This document shows positions 24,047 through 36,569 of a stretch of 64,000 bases of DNA, piece after piece. The stretch lies in assembly GCA_025603075.1 (NCBI GenBank), contig MU626374.1:2371-66370 (forward strand), read 5' to 3'. Under the pieces are notes generated by a model that was not told where the DNA came from, ran no database searches, and saw only the letters and a program-made list of their open reading frames with translations. The translations under genes and the position numbers were made by a program. The stretch is from Neoconidiobolus thromboides FSU 785. Taxonomy: Eukaryota; Fungi; Entomophthoromycota. How positions within the stretch are numbered: the stretch's first letter is position 1; each line of letters opens with the position of its first letter.

Positions 24047-25636
24047 TTAAACAGTAGCACTATGGCAACTATATGAAGTAATAATATCAGTTAAGGACTT
24101 GGGTTCATTGTTTAATAAACTTTTATCATTTGTATTACTGATATATGAACTTTGCGGCATATCAATACTATCATCATCAATCTCAGAAGATTCATCAAAA
24201 AGAATAGAATAATTCGTATTTTTTATAAAGCTAATATATGGTTTTTCTGGTATAATAATACTACCATCTTTAATTTCACGAAATTTGTTATAAAGGATTG
24301 AGTAATTCTTTGCTTTTATAGTACCAAATAAATCTCTATTATCAATAAGTATAGGCTCACTAATTATATTCCTATTTTGATCTTTTCCAAAATTGTATTT
24401 GTATTTGTATTTTATAAAAAGAAAAAATAACAGTAATAATAATAGTAGTCCTATTATTCCTCCTATTATACTACCAATTGGCACTTCATTGTTATTCTTA
24501 CTTATATCTCTTCTTATATCATCATTAGTTTTATCATTAGTTTTACCATTTTTGTCACTGTTATAGTTAGATATATTATTAGTATTAATTAAAGAAGGTA
24601 AATAATTGATTTGAGTCCAGTTGTTTATATTGTATATTCCCACCATATTTGAAGATTCAGCATCTAACAAACCATCATTTTTAGAATTAAGGAGTTGGAT
24701 ACCAAACGAATTAATTAAATAATCCTTATAGATAATAAAACAACCAAAGTTCTTCATTTGAATCACTTTCATTTTCCGAAATGAAAATGGGTTTTGTTGA
24801 AATTCATAAATAGTAATATTGTTGATTTTAGAAGCATTATAGACTATAAAATAAACTGATTGATTGTTTTTAACAATTTTCAACTCATCATATTGTTCAA
24901 ATTTAATATTGTATACATTTATTTTATTTGATATCAAATCTAACTGATGTAATGTATCATAATTTATATTTTTATTTGAGTTATACTTGACTTTCGTTTT
25001 AAAATAGTATATCTTATTGTTTAATATGAATAATTGTTGAAGGTAAGTATCAGATAGTGCATTTGCTATTGTTTCGAATCTTTTAGTTGTAATATCAAAC
25101 AGCTTTAATCCAACTGATGAATGGTTATTTTTACCACGACCTAATATAAACCCAGAAATATAAAACTGTTTTATGTTCTTTTCATTTTGTAAAATAGAGT
25201 AGTTGGGCGTTGTTTCTTTTGAACTTGTATTGAACCTATCGAACAAGTCTTTAATAATATACTCATTATACCACTCGTTTTTTTCAATATTGAAATATTT
25301 TAAAGATATCCCAGCTTTTAGCTTATCCCAGGAAAAATCGACTATCCTTTTATCACCAATATAAAAAATATTCGAGTCCATTTTTTTATCTGAAATGATT
25401 TTGATATTGCTCCTTCTCCATGGCGCTACATTGTTGTCTAGTTTGAACCCTTCTTTTAAATCTAATTTGAATACTTCATTATTGCTTTGGTGTATACTTG
25501 CTTTCGGTAGTTCGACTTTTCCTCCTAAATAATACAATTCATCCCTAATAACAAAGCATTTCCCATTACTTACTGTTGGTAATAGCGTATTTGCTTTATA
25601 TAACACAACATTAAATAATAAAAATAATAAAAACAT
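24047..25636 (-). CDS. Single-pass type I membrane protein with Kelch/beta-propeller-like ectodomain, paralog 1
   Basis: Signal peptide; CFVIRDELYYLGG first blade; TM helix IGSIIGGIIGLLLLLLLFFLFI followed by KYKYK; ~115-aa tail; intronless. Confidence 0.8.
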   Translation of the reverse strand: MFLLFLLFNVVLYKANTLLPTVSNGKCFVIRDELYYLGGKVELPKASIHQSNNEVFKLDLKEGFKLDNNVAPWRRSNIKIISDKKMDSNIFYIGDKRIVDFSWDKLKAGISLKYFNIEKNEWYNEYIIKDLFDRFNTSSKETTPNYSILQNEKNIKQFYISGFILGRGKNNHSSVGLKLFDITTKRFETIANALSDTYLQQLFILNNKIYYFKTKVKYNSNKNINYDTLHQLDLISNKINVYNIKFEQYDELKIVKNNQSVYFIVYNASKINNITIYEFQQNPFSFRKMKVIQMKNFGCFIIYKDYLINSFGIQLLNSKNDGLLDAESSNMVGIYNINNWTQINYLPSLINTNNISNYNSDKNGKTNDKTNDDIRRDISKNNNEVPIGSIIGGIIGLLLLLLLFFLFIKYKYKYNFGKDQNRNIISEPILIDNRDLFGTIKAKNYSILYNKFREIKDGSIIIPEKPYISFIKNTNYSILFDESSEIDDDSIDMPQSSYISNTNDKSLLNNEPKSLTDIITSYSCHSATV

Positions 25637-26657
25637 TTAAGAATATAGATAAAGGTTTTTTTGTTTTATATATTAATTAGATTACTCTTTATTAATTAAT
25701 AATAAGAACTGTTTTATTTAAGAACATTATTTATTATTTAATTTATCAACACGAACAATTGTTTGAGTCAATTTTTAATCTTTTGATACCGAAAAAACCC
25801 TTCCAACTTAATGAAGGACTAGAATAGTTTTTCTCTTCATACCATATAGTTGACACTTAGTTTTATATATTTTAGAGTTCTGGAAAGTATGCTATTTATT
25901 GTGATTCGATATTCTTGTGAAAGATATGCTTTAAATATTTTGACTATAATAAAGTTAATTTATAATTCAGGAGAAGAACATAAAGTTATACTCAGCAAAA
26001 AAGTTACCATCTTTAATATGAATACTTATATTCTCTGTATATTTACAATTGTTAGATAACTATATAACATTTAATAATATGAGCTGATATTACAATAGCA
26101 GTTGAATAAACTAAATTTCTGCTAAACTCCGTTCGTAATAGTAAAAAGTATTGCTAGATATTTAGCTTTAGATATTTAATGAAATAACTAAAATGCTTAT
26201 AGCTATACTGTCAATATGCTACTACAATAAGAGGAACTATAAGCTAGGTACATACCTTATTTAATAAGGAAAAAAAAAGAATCAAATGGAACTAAAGTAT
26301 AATAGGCTTTTGACAAAAAAAAACGTATATAGTTCTTAATAATATGCAAAATTATTTATTATAATTTATATATGATAGATTTATTCTCATAAAATAATAT
26401 CAACACTAATAATACTGATAATTGGATAATAGCTTAACACAATAAATTTATTGGCTAAAACAGCCCAGAGTTTAACATCGAAATAGTATTGGGTTTGTTG
26501 TAATTACTTCCAGTACCCAGACTATACTATTGATTGATATAGTAAATTTCAATTGGTTTATATAAAATTCAGTATAATACCAGGAATACAAATGTATATT
26601 AAAAGAATATATGAGCAATTATGAGTTTCAAATAGCATTTGCCTTTCTTTTTTTAAA

Positions 26658-28103
26658 ATGAAAGCTATACTTTTATTTCAATTACTTATTTATCTTACTC
26701 TTTCATTCTCACCAAGAGCTAATAATGGTGGCTGTATCATACTTGAGGATCGATTATATTATTTGGGCGGACTTACTCGATTTATAAATTTAGACCTCTT
26801 ATTTGATAATAAGGAAGTGTTTGAATTGAACTTAAAGAAAGGCGTTAACTTGATTGGTAACGTAGCTGAAGGATGGGAAAGAAGTAATGTAACCAATTCG
26901 CCAGATCGTATGTATGATCCAAGGCTATTTTATATCAATAAATATAATAATGCTAATGGCATAATAATGAGTTCTTATGTTGATGGAGAAACCATGATCC
27001 CAATGCTTAATTTTTATAATATTAAAGAAAAAGCATGGTTTAATAAAAATGTTTTTAACGAAATATTTGACGCATCAAACACAAAGTGCAATGTTTTTAA
27101 AAAATGTATTGTAACTTATTATATATTACAAAAGGAAACTAGATCAAGTCAATTTTATATCTCTGGCTCAGTTTATAATAAAGATTTAAAGAAGCGATAT
27201 TCACTTGATTTAAAGTTATTTGACGTTCAGGCTAAAAGTATAATTACTGTTTACCAATTAAAAAATAATTCATATATACGCCAGGTAGATATTAAACATA
27301 ACAAGCTATATTATTTCAACGAATATTCAAATAATGAATATTTAGATGCTGATTTTAGTATACTATATGAGTTAGATTTAGCTACAACTAAAATCAAAGA
27401 ACATCGTATCAATTTTGAGCGCTATTTTTCAATGCAATTTATAACATCAAACTCTTCCATTTATTTTGCTGGCACTAATTTTGATAACAGTGAGGAGGGG
27501 TTGGTTCATATTTATGAATTGAAAATTAGCCCATTTTCATTCAAAAGGATCAAATTAAGATTACCTTTTAACAATTTTGGGTGCTTTAATTACTATAACG
27601 ATTACTTAATTAATACTTTTGGCATTTTAAATGTATTTACCAAAGACGGTATTAGTTCTGAAACTACTGATAAATCCCAGTTCATTAATGTAAAAAACTG
27701 GGAGCAAGTTGGTGGTTTACCTTCATCTATAATTAATAATGAAAATTCAGCTAATCAAGATAGTAACAAAGAAACAAATAAAGTAAAAAACAACAGCAAT
27801 AATGACTATAATAATGGGTTATTAATAGGTAGTATTGTCGGTGGAATTATTGGGTTTGTTTTGATAGCATCAATAGTAATATTTATAATGTATAAATACA
27901 AACTAAAGAAGCAAAGACCTCCAAGCATGATTATGGATCCCATTATTATTAAACCAATCAATCCATTAGATGCAAATAACAACTATTATAATACAGAAGT
28001 ATTCAGTCATTCCCATGAACTTGAAGATGACATAAGTCATATAATACCTGAAAAGTTGCATATTAAAGACGTAAGAGGGATGAATATGCTTTTTGAAGAA
28101 TAA
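26658..28103 (+). CDS. Single-pass type I membrane protein with Kelch/beta-propeller-like ectodomain, paralog 2
   Basis: Signal peptide; CIILEDRLYYLGG; shares VF.L.LK.G, QFYISG, LKLFD, FGCF..Y.DYLIN.FGI with paralog 1; TM IGSIVGGIIGFVLIASIVIFIM. Confidence 0.8.
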   Translation: MKAILLFQLLIYLTLSFSPRANNGGCIILEDRLYYLGGLTRFINLDLLFDNKEVFELNLKKGVNLIGNVAEGWERSNVTNSPDRMYDPRLFYINKYNNANGIIMSSYVDGETMIPMLNFYNIKEKAWFNKNVFNEIFDASNTKCNVFKKCIVTYYILQKETRSSQFYISGSVYNKDLKKRYSLDLKLFDVQAKSIITVYQLKNNSYIRQVDIKHNKLYYFNEYSNNEYLDADFSILYELDLATTKIKEHRINFERYFSMQFITSNSSIYFAGTNFDNSEEGLVHIYELKISPFSFKRIKLRLPFNNFGCFNYYNDYLINTFGILNVFTKDGISSETTDKSQFINVKNWEQVGGLPSSIINNENSANQDSNKETNKVKNNSNNDYNNGLLIGSIVGGIIGFVLIASIVIFIMYKYKLKKQRPPSMIMDPIIIKPINPLDANNNYYNTEVFSHSHELEDDISHIIPEKLHIKDVRGMNMLFEE

Positions 28104-28789
28104 AATTAAATGAGCTACTTTAATATTTTTTTTAAGTCATACATTTGTATTTAAAGTAAATTATTTTATAAGTTGACACTAAAATTGAAATTACTAAATT
28201 TTAATTAAAAGCATTGGACTATATGAGTTTCATGAATTTATTTACAAAGCTCATAGTAAATGAAGGTTGTCAAAATTGGACTTAGAATAAACTAGCTTAT
28301 ATCCATCCTTACAATAAATAAAAACTTAGATATCAAACTATTTTGAATTGTATTAAAAGCATGTAATAAACATTAATGCAAAAATGAAGGTCAAATTAAA
28401 AACTGTGCTACTTTCAACATCAGTTGAGTTGTTTTAAAATATCCGATACAATGTACTTAAACCCATTGTATAATTTTAACTAAATTGAAAGTTTATTTTA
28501 CTTTAGAGTAGGTTAAATGTTTTGACAACCACCATTAAAAAACTAATATTAGGTCTTCTAGAATTAATGTCTAATAATTAATTAGATCTATTATAACCTT
28601 AAAACTGAGACTAAAATTAAGGTGTTAGCTTGAAAGTTATGATTGGGTTAGTATTAAAAAATGGAAATCTAGTATCATGTAAAATCAACTGCTTCGTATT
28701 AAGGGTTAATTACTATAAACTATATTATAAATTATTTGGGCAGTTCCATTGCTTCTTTTAAGGATAGAAAAACAACCTTCTTATTCATA

Positions 28790-29360
28790 AAGCTAATAAT
28801 AGGGAAATAAGTGAAAGGCTGTTACAACCAATCTAGATTCTTAAGATCGCGAAAACCTTAAGCTGCTTCAATAGTTAATAAGATTAAATCAAATAATGAA
28901 TAAATGGGGCAGATTACAAAGCAAGCATCTTTCGCTTGTTTTGGTTAGGAAAGTGAGACACTTGCGACTGACTTTTATCGTGTTGTACTAAATTAAGGAC
29001 TAAAAATTGATACCAAAATAATAGATTAAGAATACCATTACTTTTTGGATAATAATTCAACTTCTAACATATTATATAGTTTCAATTGTATTTAATTTTG
29101 GACCTTTATATAGTAAATTTAAACACTGTAATTGGTTTTTAAGTAAATTACACTTTTCTAGCAATTTCTATTTAACTATCTAAATAGTTCTTGAGATCAA
29201 ATATTTATTAAACTATGAAAATAAAACACAGTTGAGCCAATCAAATCTTTCATTAAGGCCCCGTAATTCCCTTTCGTTCTTCCTACTTTTTCTCTTTTTG
29301 TTAAGCTCTCATTGATTTCTCTTCATAAATGAGCCATACCGTTGTCTTCTAGTCTGTAAT
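28790..29360 (-). mobile_element. Heavily decayed Tc1/IS630-like DDE transposase relic
   Basis: Minus-strand frames give VQHD, then about 25 codons later LPHLFII*FNLINY*SSL (cf. QQDN...PSQSPDLNPIE.LW); KTTVWLIY upstream resembles the HTH; many stops and frameshifts. Confidence 0.4.
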
Positions 29361-30492
29361 AGAAAAAATATGTATTTATAAAGAATTATAATATAATATA
29401 ATATAATATAATATAATATAGTACGCTCGAATTTAGCTAATTCTACAATGGATTTGTTTAAATATTACAAGCGAACACTTTGTTCTATGTCTCAATTCTA
29501 TTTTTAATATAGAAACATTTAAAACTAAAGCTTAATCGCTTATAAGTAAAAATAACATAGATACTTATACCATATATACTTATATCATATATAATTTTTT
29601 GATATGGACAGTAATTAAAGAAATAGTACTTTATGCTGGGACTATATAAATGGAACATTGAAGTGATAACACAATCTATTCCAAAATACTTTGATTTTAT
29701 ATCACTTTATCCAAGCAATTTCATAACATTTTTTAATTTACAAAAACATTATTCTAGAAAAACTAAGTACAGACCGTTTTGAATTGGGGTTATGGAAAGA
29801 TATTTTTATAGTGGTAACATAGCTTATTCTACTATAATGTCACTTTTTTACCACTTAAACTAAGCAATTGCATAGCTTTTTCTAATTAAGACCAATCTGA
29901 CTATTATATATCCGATAAATTAGTGTGACATTTTAAAAACTGCTATATTTTTAATTAAAGTCATCATATCATTGGCTTGATATTTTATTGCTTTTTTCTT
30001 TAATATAGAAGTTGCTTATTTCAATTGAACATTTATAGCTAAATATTCAAGTATATTAATCTAACTTTAGTTTTTCTTAAATATTAATATTAAGAATACA
30101 AAAAAGAATGTAAATTCACTTAGTCTGGACTATCATAACCTAAAACAGGAGATGATGAACCCGGATGTTTTCTTATAATCTACAAGCCTCTTCATCGTAC
30201 ATACACCTTCTCTTTTTACATTTCTAGTCACGTTCATTTTTTGTTGCTATTTACTTATATCAACAAAGTACTTGTTAATCATTGGTTCTTTCAAAATAAT
30301 AAAAAATAGAATACTGATAATCTAGAAAAATAATTCTAATTTAAACCAAAAATAAAAATAAAATTGCCAAACATAAGGAAGTCCCAACTAAATTACTAAA
30401 TATGGTATTCTAAGAAACCAAGGTAACTTAGAAGCTTATAAATAATAGCACAATTCTAGAAATTATGTTTTTATAAATGAATAAATGAATAA

Positions 30493-31758
30493 ATGAATAA
30501 AAGTATAAAATATAAAAACATAAAATGGAGAGTAAAGGTATTGGATATAGCTACAATCCCTCTAAATAAAACAGATCGACCTAAAGATGACCTACCAACT
30601 GATTCCCCGGTTAAAGTTAACTGTGTAAATAGAAAATTGACCAAAAATGAAATAATAGAAATGAGAATATTAAGTCTGAGAGACGGCAACTTTATCAACT
30701 TTAATTCCGATAATATCCATATATTATTAGATCCTGATATTTCTGGCATTTCCTCTGACAACCCATTTCCTGAATATCATCAAAACAATGACTACTTAAA
30801 GGAGGATTTTAGAAATAAAGTCAAAGATGATAGTGAATCAACTTTTAAAGAATATAGGCTAGTTTCAAAAGACCATAATCAATTTGGTAGCAATGGTTAT
30901 GGTCACAACGACCGAGGCAATAATTCAATAAGGAAAAGCAGTTATATTGAAGCTAGTGATGACGATAGCATTAGTTTATGTGATTCTTTTGATCAATTAG
31001 CTAAACAAATGCTAAAGCGAGAGACACTACTATATCAAAGTTATTTTGAATCAAAAGAAGCAGACTTTAATCAGAATTTAGTTCTAGAGTTAAATATGAG
31101 TGATCCATATAGTCAAGATTTAGCTCTAGAATCTAGTTTAAATGATTCATGTAACCAAATTATATGTGATGATCATAGATCTTATTCTATCCCTTTGAGT
31201 AACTCAATAAGTAATAATATAGCGACCGACGGTGGTAACCCCATTTTAGGGAATGAAAATGATAAGCTACAAGTATTGAAGCCTTTATACTACGATGATC
31301 AAGGATCTATAGAGGAATCAAAGCATCGGGGCGAACGATTAGATTTAGATGCTGAATTCTCATTTGAAAATTTAAGCCAAGAGGAAGAACAAAATATCAT
31401 TCCAACCATTCATTCTAGATACAATGACTTTTATCAAAATTATCAACTACCAAACAGCGAGCTGATATTTGATTTTTTTTATATAAATCATTTACCACTA
31501 TCAACAATTATTACTTTAAAGGAAGTAAACTATTTATTATGTATTAATGCAGATATAATTCAACGACTATTGTTAAATTGTATGGCTTATGCAACGTTGT
31601 ATTATTTAAAAAGGGACTTAAATCTTATTATATATTATAAACAACAAATCAAAGTTCTTTTAATCTATATAGCGCAAAATTATCTTTATAATATCAACTT
31701 AAGGTACTATAACATCTCTGTCAGTATTCTAACAATGTCCAATTTCTTTAATGAATAA
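30493..31758 (+). CDS. Hypothetical 421-aa acidic protein, no recognisable domain
   Basis: Long intronless ORF in AT-rich DNA with a protein-like composition. Confidence 0.65.
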   Translation: MNKSIKYKNIKWRVKVLDIATIPLNKTDRPKDDLPTDSPVKVNCVNRKLTKNEIIEMRILSLRDGNFINFNSDNIHILLDPDISGISSDNPFPEYHQNNDYLKEDFRNKVKDDSESTFKEYRLVSKDHNQFGSNGYGHNDRGNNSIRKSSYIEASDDDSISLCDSFDQLAKQMLKRETLLYQSYFESKEADFNQNLVLELNMSDPYSQDLALESSLNDSCNQIICDDHRSYSIPLSNSISNNIATDGGNPILGNENDKLQVLKPLYYDDQGSIEESKHRGERLDLDAEFSFENLSQEEEQNIIPTIHSRYNDFYQNYQLPNSELIFDFFYINHLPLSTIITLKEVNYLLCINADIIQRLLLNCMAYATLYYLKRDLNLIIYYKQQIKVLLIYIAQNYLYNINLRYYNISVSILTMSNFFNE

Positions 31759-32938
31759 ATAACACTCTCTTTATCTTCAATTATTAATATAGTGTATTTC
31801 AACTAAGATTTGCTTTTTTCTAATTTTGAGACAAGTTACAAGTACCAATTCATTCAATTAAAGTAATATAAATACTTAAGTTACAGTAATATATTGTTTA
31901 ATAGCCTAAATCTATTATTTATTTATACAAATATTCTGCATAAATTAATTTCAAATGAGAGTTAAAATTACATGTTTTTAAACTATTAGAATAACCCTTT
32001 TTACATGTTATTATTTAGTAGAGATGTACAATAAGCATATTATTTAATTGAAGCACCTTAAATATGTTTGACTCATAAGTAATACTGTTTAAACAGTTGA
32101 CGTAAATCGAGTCTATAAAAAATGCAATTAAGAATCAATAATAATAGATGATTATAATCTATAGATAGAGTTAAAAATCGCTTTTATTTACAAAATTAAC
32201 AGTCCTTTCAAAATCTTGGACCCTCTCGGTCATACTTTTACTAGTTTAAGCACTATAGTAAATAAAACTAAGCATTTAAGAAAAGATTATGACCATAATA
32301 TTGATTATGATCTTTGATAATCTTTGTAAAAAAAAAATTCCAATCGAAAAGACTACAACTAAATTAAAAAAGCAGTTATCATAAACTTTGAAAAGACTAG
32401 TGATTACTAACCAGCATCTAAATCAAAATATCATAGTACATTGTTTAAAAATGTAATTTATGCATTAATATTAGTATGTTATTAGCATCAATATCGATAT
32501 TGGACTAGCGTTAATACTATTCTGAGTGTTAAGTTATCGTTAGTATTGATATTAGTATCAATATTGTATTGAATTAGTGTCTAGTTAGGAGTTTTATCAC
32601 TAAAGTTTATTTTTTTGCCAAAAATTTTGAAGGGTAATAAACACCATTCAACTGTGTCTTCCTATTAAAAAAAACCTTACAATAGTGCTAGTGTTAAAGC
32701 ATTTGATAAATCAAAAGGTTTTCTATCTAAATATAACCATCAAAAGTACAGATCAGGAAACAAATCAGCTCCTACTTTTACAATGGTATTAATAAAGTTT
32801 AAATCCCTTTTTACTTTCTTTTTTTTGCTTTCTTTTTTGCTTCAATTACAAATTAAGGCTGACTTTACTAACATTCTATGGCTTAATAAGATTTATCATC
32901 TCTTAAAAAGTCACCCTATTTTCATTATTATTTTATTT

Positions 32939-33029
32939 GGGGATATATTTTTAAGGATTTTACTAACAATCTTTCCTCTCAAATAGTACTTAAAAGATAG
33001 AAAAAGTAATGAAACTAAAAAGTATCCTC
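32939..33029 (+). mobile_element. ~98-bp MITE copy (91 bp)
   Basis: attt|GGGGATATATTTTT...AAAAAGTATCCTC|attt; TSD ATTT. Confidence 0.85.
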
Positions 33030-33420
33030 ATTTATCAGTAGATAATCAGTATGTTGAATTAAATCACTAAAAAATAATATGGAAATGTCTTTTTCGGTTT
33101 CATTTACTTATTCATAAAAATTGAAAAAATATTAGTAAACACTAAATCAAAAAAGATGTTAATATATGTAACTTTATAAGAAATAACTAAAAGCCACATT
33201 ATAAGAAAAATACTTGGAAAAACTTAATTATTATACAAAGAAGGACTAAATAGTATAGATAAGTCAAGGGGATGTAAAAGTAGGTAGATAGAAAAGGCAG
33301 GTAAACAACTAATAATAAGTTATGTTTAATGTATTTTGGTATAATTAGCTGAGGAAAGTTCTTAATAATCTCTTAAATAATGCAAATAATTAGTATCGGT
33401 TAATTAAAACCTTAATGAAT

Positions 33421-34239
33421 TCATAAATCAAACTCAGTATCTAAATCCAATAATGGCTGGGATACTTCTGTGTTCATCAATGGGGATAGACTACCATTGT
33501 AGTCTCCATCATTTACTTCAACATTTGTATAATTCTCATAATTACTCATGCTTGGTAAAATTAACGAATCTGCAAATAATAATTTTTTTTCATATATATT
33601 GGCACTAGCTGAATTTTCCTCTTTAATTAAATGATTTATACTATCAAATGTACTAACATGTTCATTTTTCATTGATTCAAAGTAATTACGGTACCGCCTA
33701 TTTTCCATTTCCAATAATTTTTTAAACTCTAAATTTGAATAATCTAAAATTGAATTGTTATAGCTATCCTCCCTAGTCATCATATCATAGCCTTCATTTG
33801 CTGCATGTTTACTGTTTATTATATTTTGAGTAGCTCCCGCTTTATCAATAGAGTCAAAACAAATATTTTCATTCAAAGTGCCTTGATTTTTATTGTTAAT
33901 CTTTTGATTACTCATGACATTACTATCCATAGCCTCTGTCCTTTCATATTGGCTTGAAGAGTAACATGCATCATTTTCTATGCTATTATTTGTATACGAA
34001 TAAGCATGGTTGAACTGAACATGGATAAAATTCCCACTCCTTGATCTTTCTACATTCTTTTTAGTCTTTGCTTCTAATTTTGATTTCTTTGCTATTTTGT
34101 TGAAAGCTTTAGACATTTGAATACATTCCTTTATACCCTTGTCTTTAATGAAATGAAGTTTACAGGGTCCATTAACTCTTCTCATTTGAATCATATTTAT
34201 ACTACTATTTATTTCAATAATTCTTACTTTAAACTCCAT
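33421..34239 (-). CDS. Hypothetical ~272-aa protein, possible distant paralog of 30493..31758
   Basis: Intronless ORF; shares K.LL..E..RY..YFES-like segment with the neighbour. Confidence 0.6.
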   Translation of the reverse strand: MEFKVRIIEINSSINMIQMRRVNGPCKLHFIKDKGIKECIQMSKAFNKIAKKSKLEAKTKKNVERSRSGNFIHVQFNHAYSYTNNSIENDACYSSSQYERTEAMDSNVMSNQKINNKNQGTLNENICFDSIDKAGATQNIINSKHAANEGYDMMTREDSYNNSILDYSNLEFKKLLEMENRRYRNYFESMKNEHVSTFDSINHLIKEENSASANIYEKKLLFADSLILPSMSNYENYTNVEVNDGDYNGSLSPLMNTEVSQPLLDLDTEFDL

Positions 34240-35015
34240 CAATTTATTTCCTTTTTATACAAATTCAAATTTCCTTGCCATAAAACTCATCTTCTCTAAT
34301 TACCAAAAATAGATTTGAAAATTCATTGATCTGAAAGTTCTTTTAGACTTTAAGCACATTTGGCTGCTGAGCTACGGCGAAACTTAGATAGACATATATA
34401 GCTATATTTTATTCTCGAGATGAGATTCTTTGCTTAAGTACTCTAAAGCTATGATCTGCTGGTTTATTACCGCATTGATTGATGCCATAATGTACACGGG
34501 ACCCCTATACTGTGCTGACCTGTATGTAGTAGTTTACTTGTATATGCCTGTCTGTTTCTTTATTTAGGAACTAGTTTATTAACCTAATTTATCCACCAAG
34601 CTTGGTTAACCTTGGATTAAAATTTAATATTAGTAGCATTAACGGGTATTTAATTTAAAATGAGTTAAATTACTTATTTAATAGTACCAATAAAAACAAA
34701 TTAGCTTTATAATGATGAACAAATTATAAGGAGTAGCTATTTTATGTAGAGTTGATAAACTTTATTTAAGATGTAAAACTATTTAACTATTAGCAATTAA
34801 GTAATAAATTTTATTCATACACAATTGATTATTTTTAGTTATTATGCCTAAAAGAGCGCAATTAATCATTGTAGCAACTACACTTTGCTTTATAAACCAT
34901 AATAAATTATTTTGAAACACCTAAAATGTATAACTTTGATTAAATACATGAATTATTCTATAGAGTAAACCTTCAAAGTATAATACTTGTTTATAGTTTT
35001 ATAATTTTAAAATAT

Positions 35016-35112
35016 GGGGATGTATTTTTGCGTTCAAGAATTTTACTAATAATTTTTCCACTCAAATAGCGCTTAAAAAGTGGAAAAAGTAATGAAGCCA
35101 AAAAACATCCCC
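35016..35112 (+). mobile_element. ~98-bp MITE, best-preserved copy
   Basis: atat|GGGGATGTATTTTT...AAAAAACATCCCC|atat; internal perfect stem TTTTTCCACT/AGTGGAAAAA. Confidence 0.9.
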
Positions 35113-36569
35113 ATATGGCTCGTTCAGAATTTACAGTAGTTATTTAAGTTATAACTCTTATTATAAAACTTTCTTTAAATAGAGAAACTGTTCTTCATTC
35201 ATTTATTAGCTCTTAAAACAACTTAGTATTATACTGTTTTAAAAAATATTATTTAATTTATTATACATTTCCTTATATAATTTGATTATAGTAATGAATT
35301 ACAGAGGTATCTACAAAAATAACCACATAGTCAATTAAAAAGTTTTTAATATATATATATACATTCTCAATTAAGCTTATTAAAACAAATTTGTTTTAAA
35401 AGTGGAAGTTTTACATCAAAAAAATCGTAAAAAAATAGTTTGAAACAGATTAAATATTTTTTAAAATCAAATAAATTATAGCTTATTTTATAATATTCAC
35501 TTCTTCAAAATTGCTAAACAAAGTTTATTTAGTTTTTGTTTATTTGTACCAAATGTCTGTTTAGCTCTTATAAGTTTTTAAATTTACTTTGACTTATACT
35601 TAATCATTCCTTTATTACATTTGTAAAATTAAAATTAAGATTAAAATTAAAAATTAAAAATTAAAAATTAAAAACAAATAAGCTAAATACTATTTTCCAC
35701 TCAAACATAAAATATATATTTTAATAAATGTATTGATATTATGAAATTTTCAATTGTATTTAAAAAAAGGTATTTATAATCTGCACTTAATTCAACGAAG
35801 GTAAATCAATAAACAATTTAATATATCATTTACATTTTAGTGCATATTTAAGCAATTTATTTATTTGTTTAGCATTATTATTAAATCCTATAGTGTTAGA
35901 AAATTAAGGTAAAAAAATTAAAGTTACAACTTCTTTATTGTTTTTATACATTATGTAGCTAGTGCAGATAAAGCCTTAACTAAAAGGGTTAAAAAATATG
36001 ATGTTAAAATGGTGAAACTAAAATAAGACAGCTCTTTACCTAGTTTTAAAATAGTGTACCATCTATAATATGAACTTCCATACTATGTTTATCTCTTATC
36101 TATCTGGGTATATATAACGTTAGTGATTTAGTTCATCTCTTATAAACTCTTAATAGGAAGTTATTTAAGCAAAAAATAAACCTAGTCTGTTAAGTATCTT
36201 ATTTTTGACGGTAAAGTTTTAAACCCCTTTCTAAATAACTTACTTTTATTTGCTCATCTATTATTATAATAATTTATTAAATTAACAGGGCCTAAGAACT
36301 TCTTAACGATTACTATTTATAAAGCACTGTAAGGTTTAATAAACTCTTGTAAAGTGTATTAATTAGCATAAACATTAACAGTCTTGAACTACAAATAAAA
36401 TATATATATAACATTAAACTCATCTTGTGTGTTTTCGATAATATAATTAAAAAAATGAAATATTTAATGATAAATTAAATCTAGTAACAATGTATTATAT
36501 AATCTCATCAAAATAAGGCATAAATCAACATGATAAGATAATAATTTAGTACTTTTATAAATAATCAAT

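Noticed and set aside
34330-34620. GC-richer segment as a possible solo LTR
   Set aside because: No clear TG..CA ends with TSD and no second copy in the window
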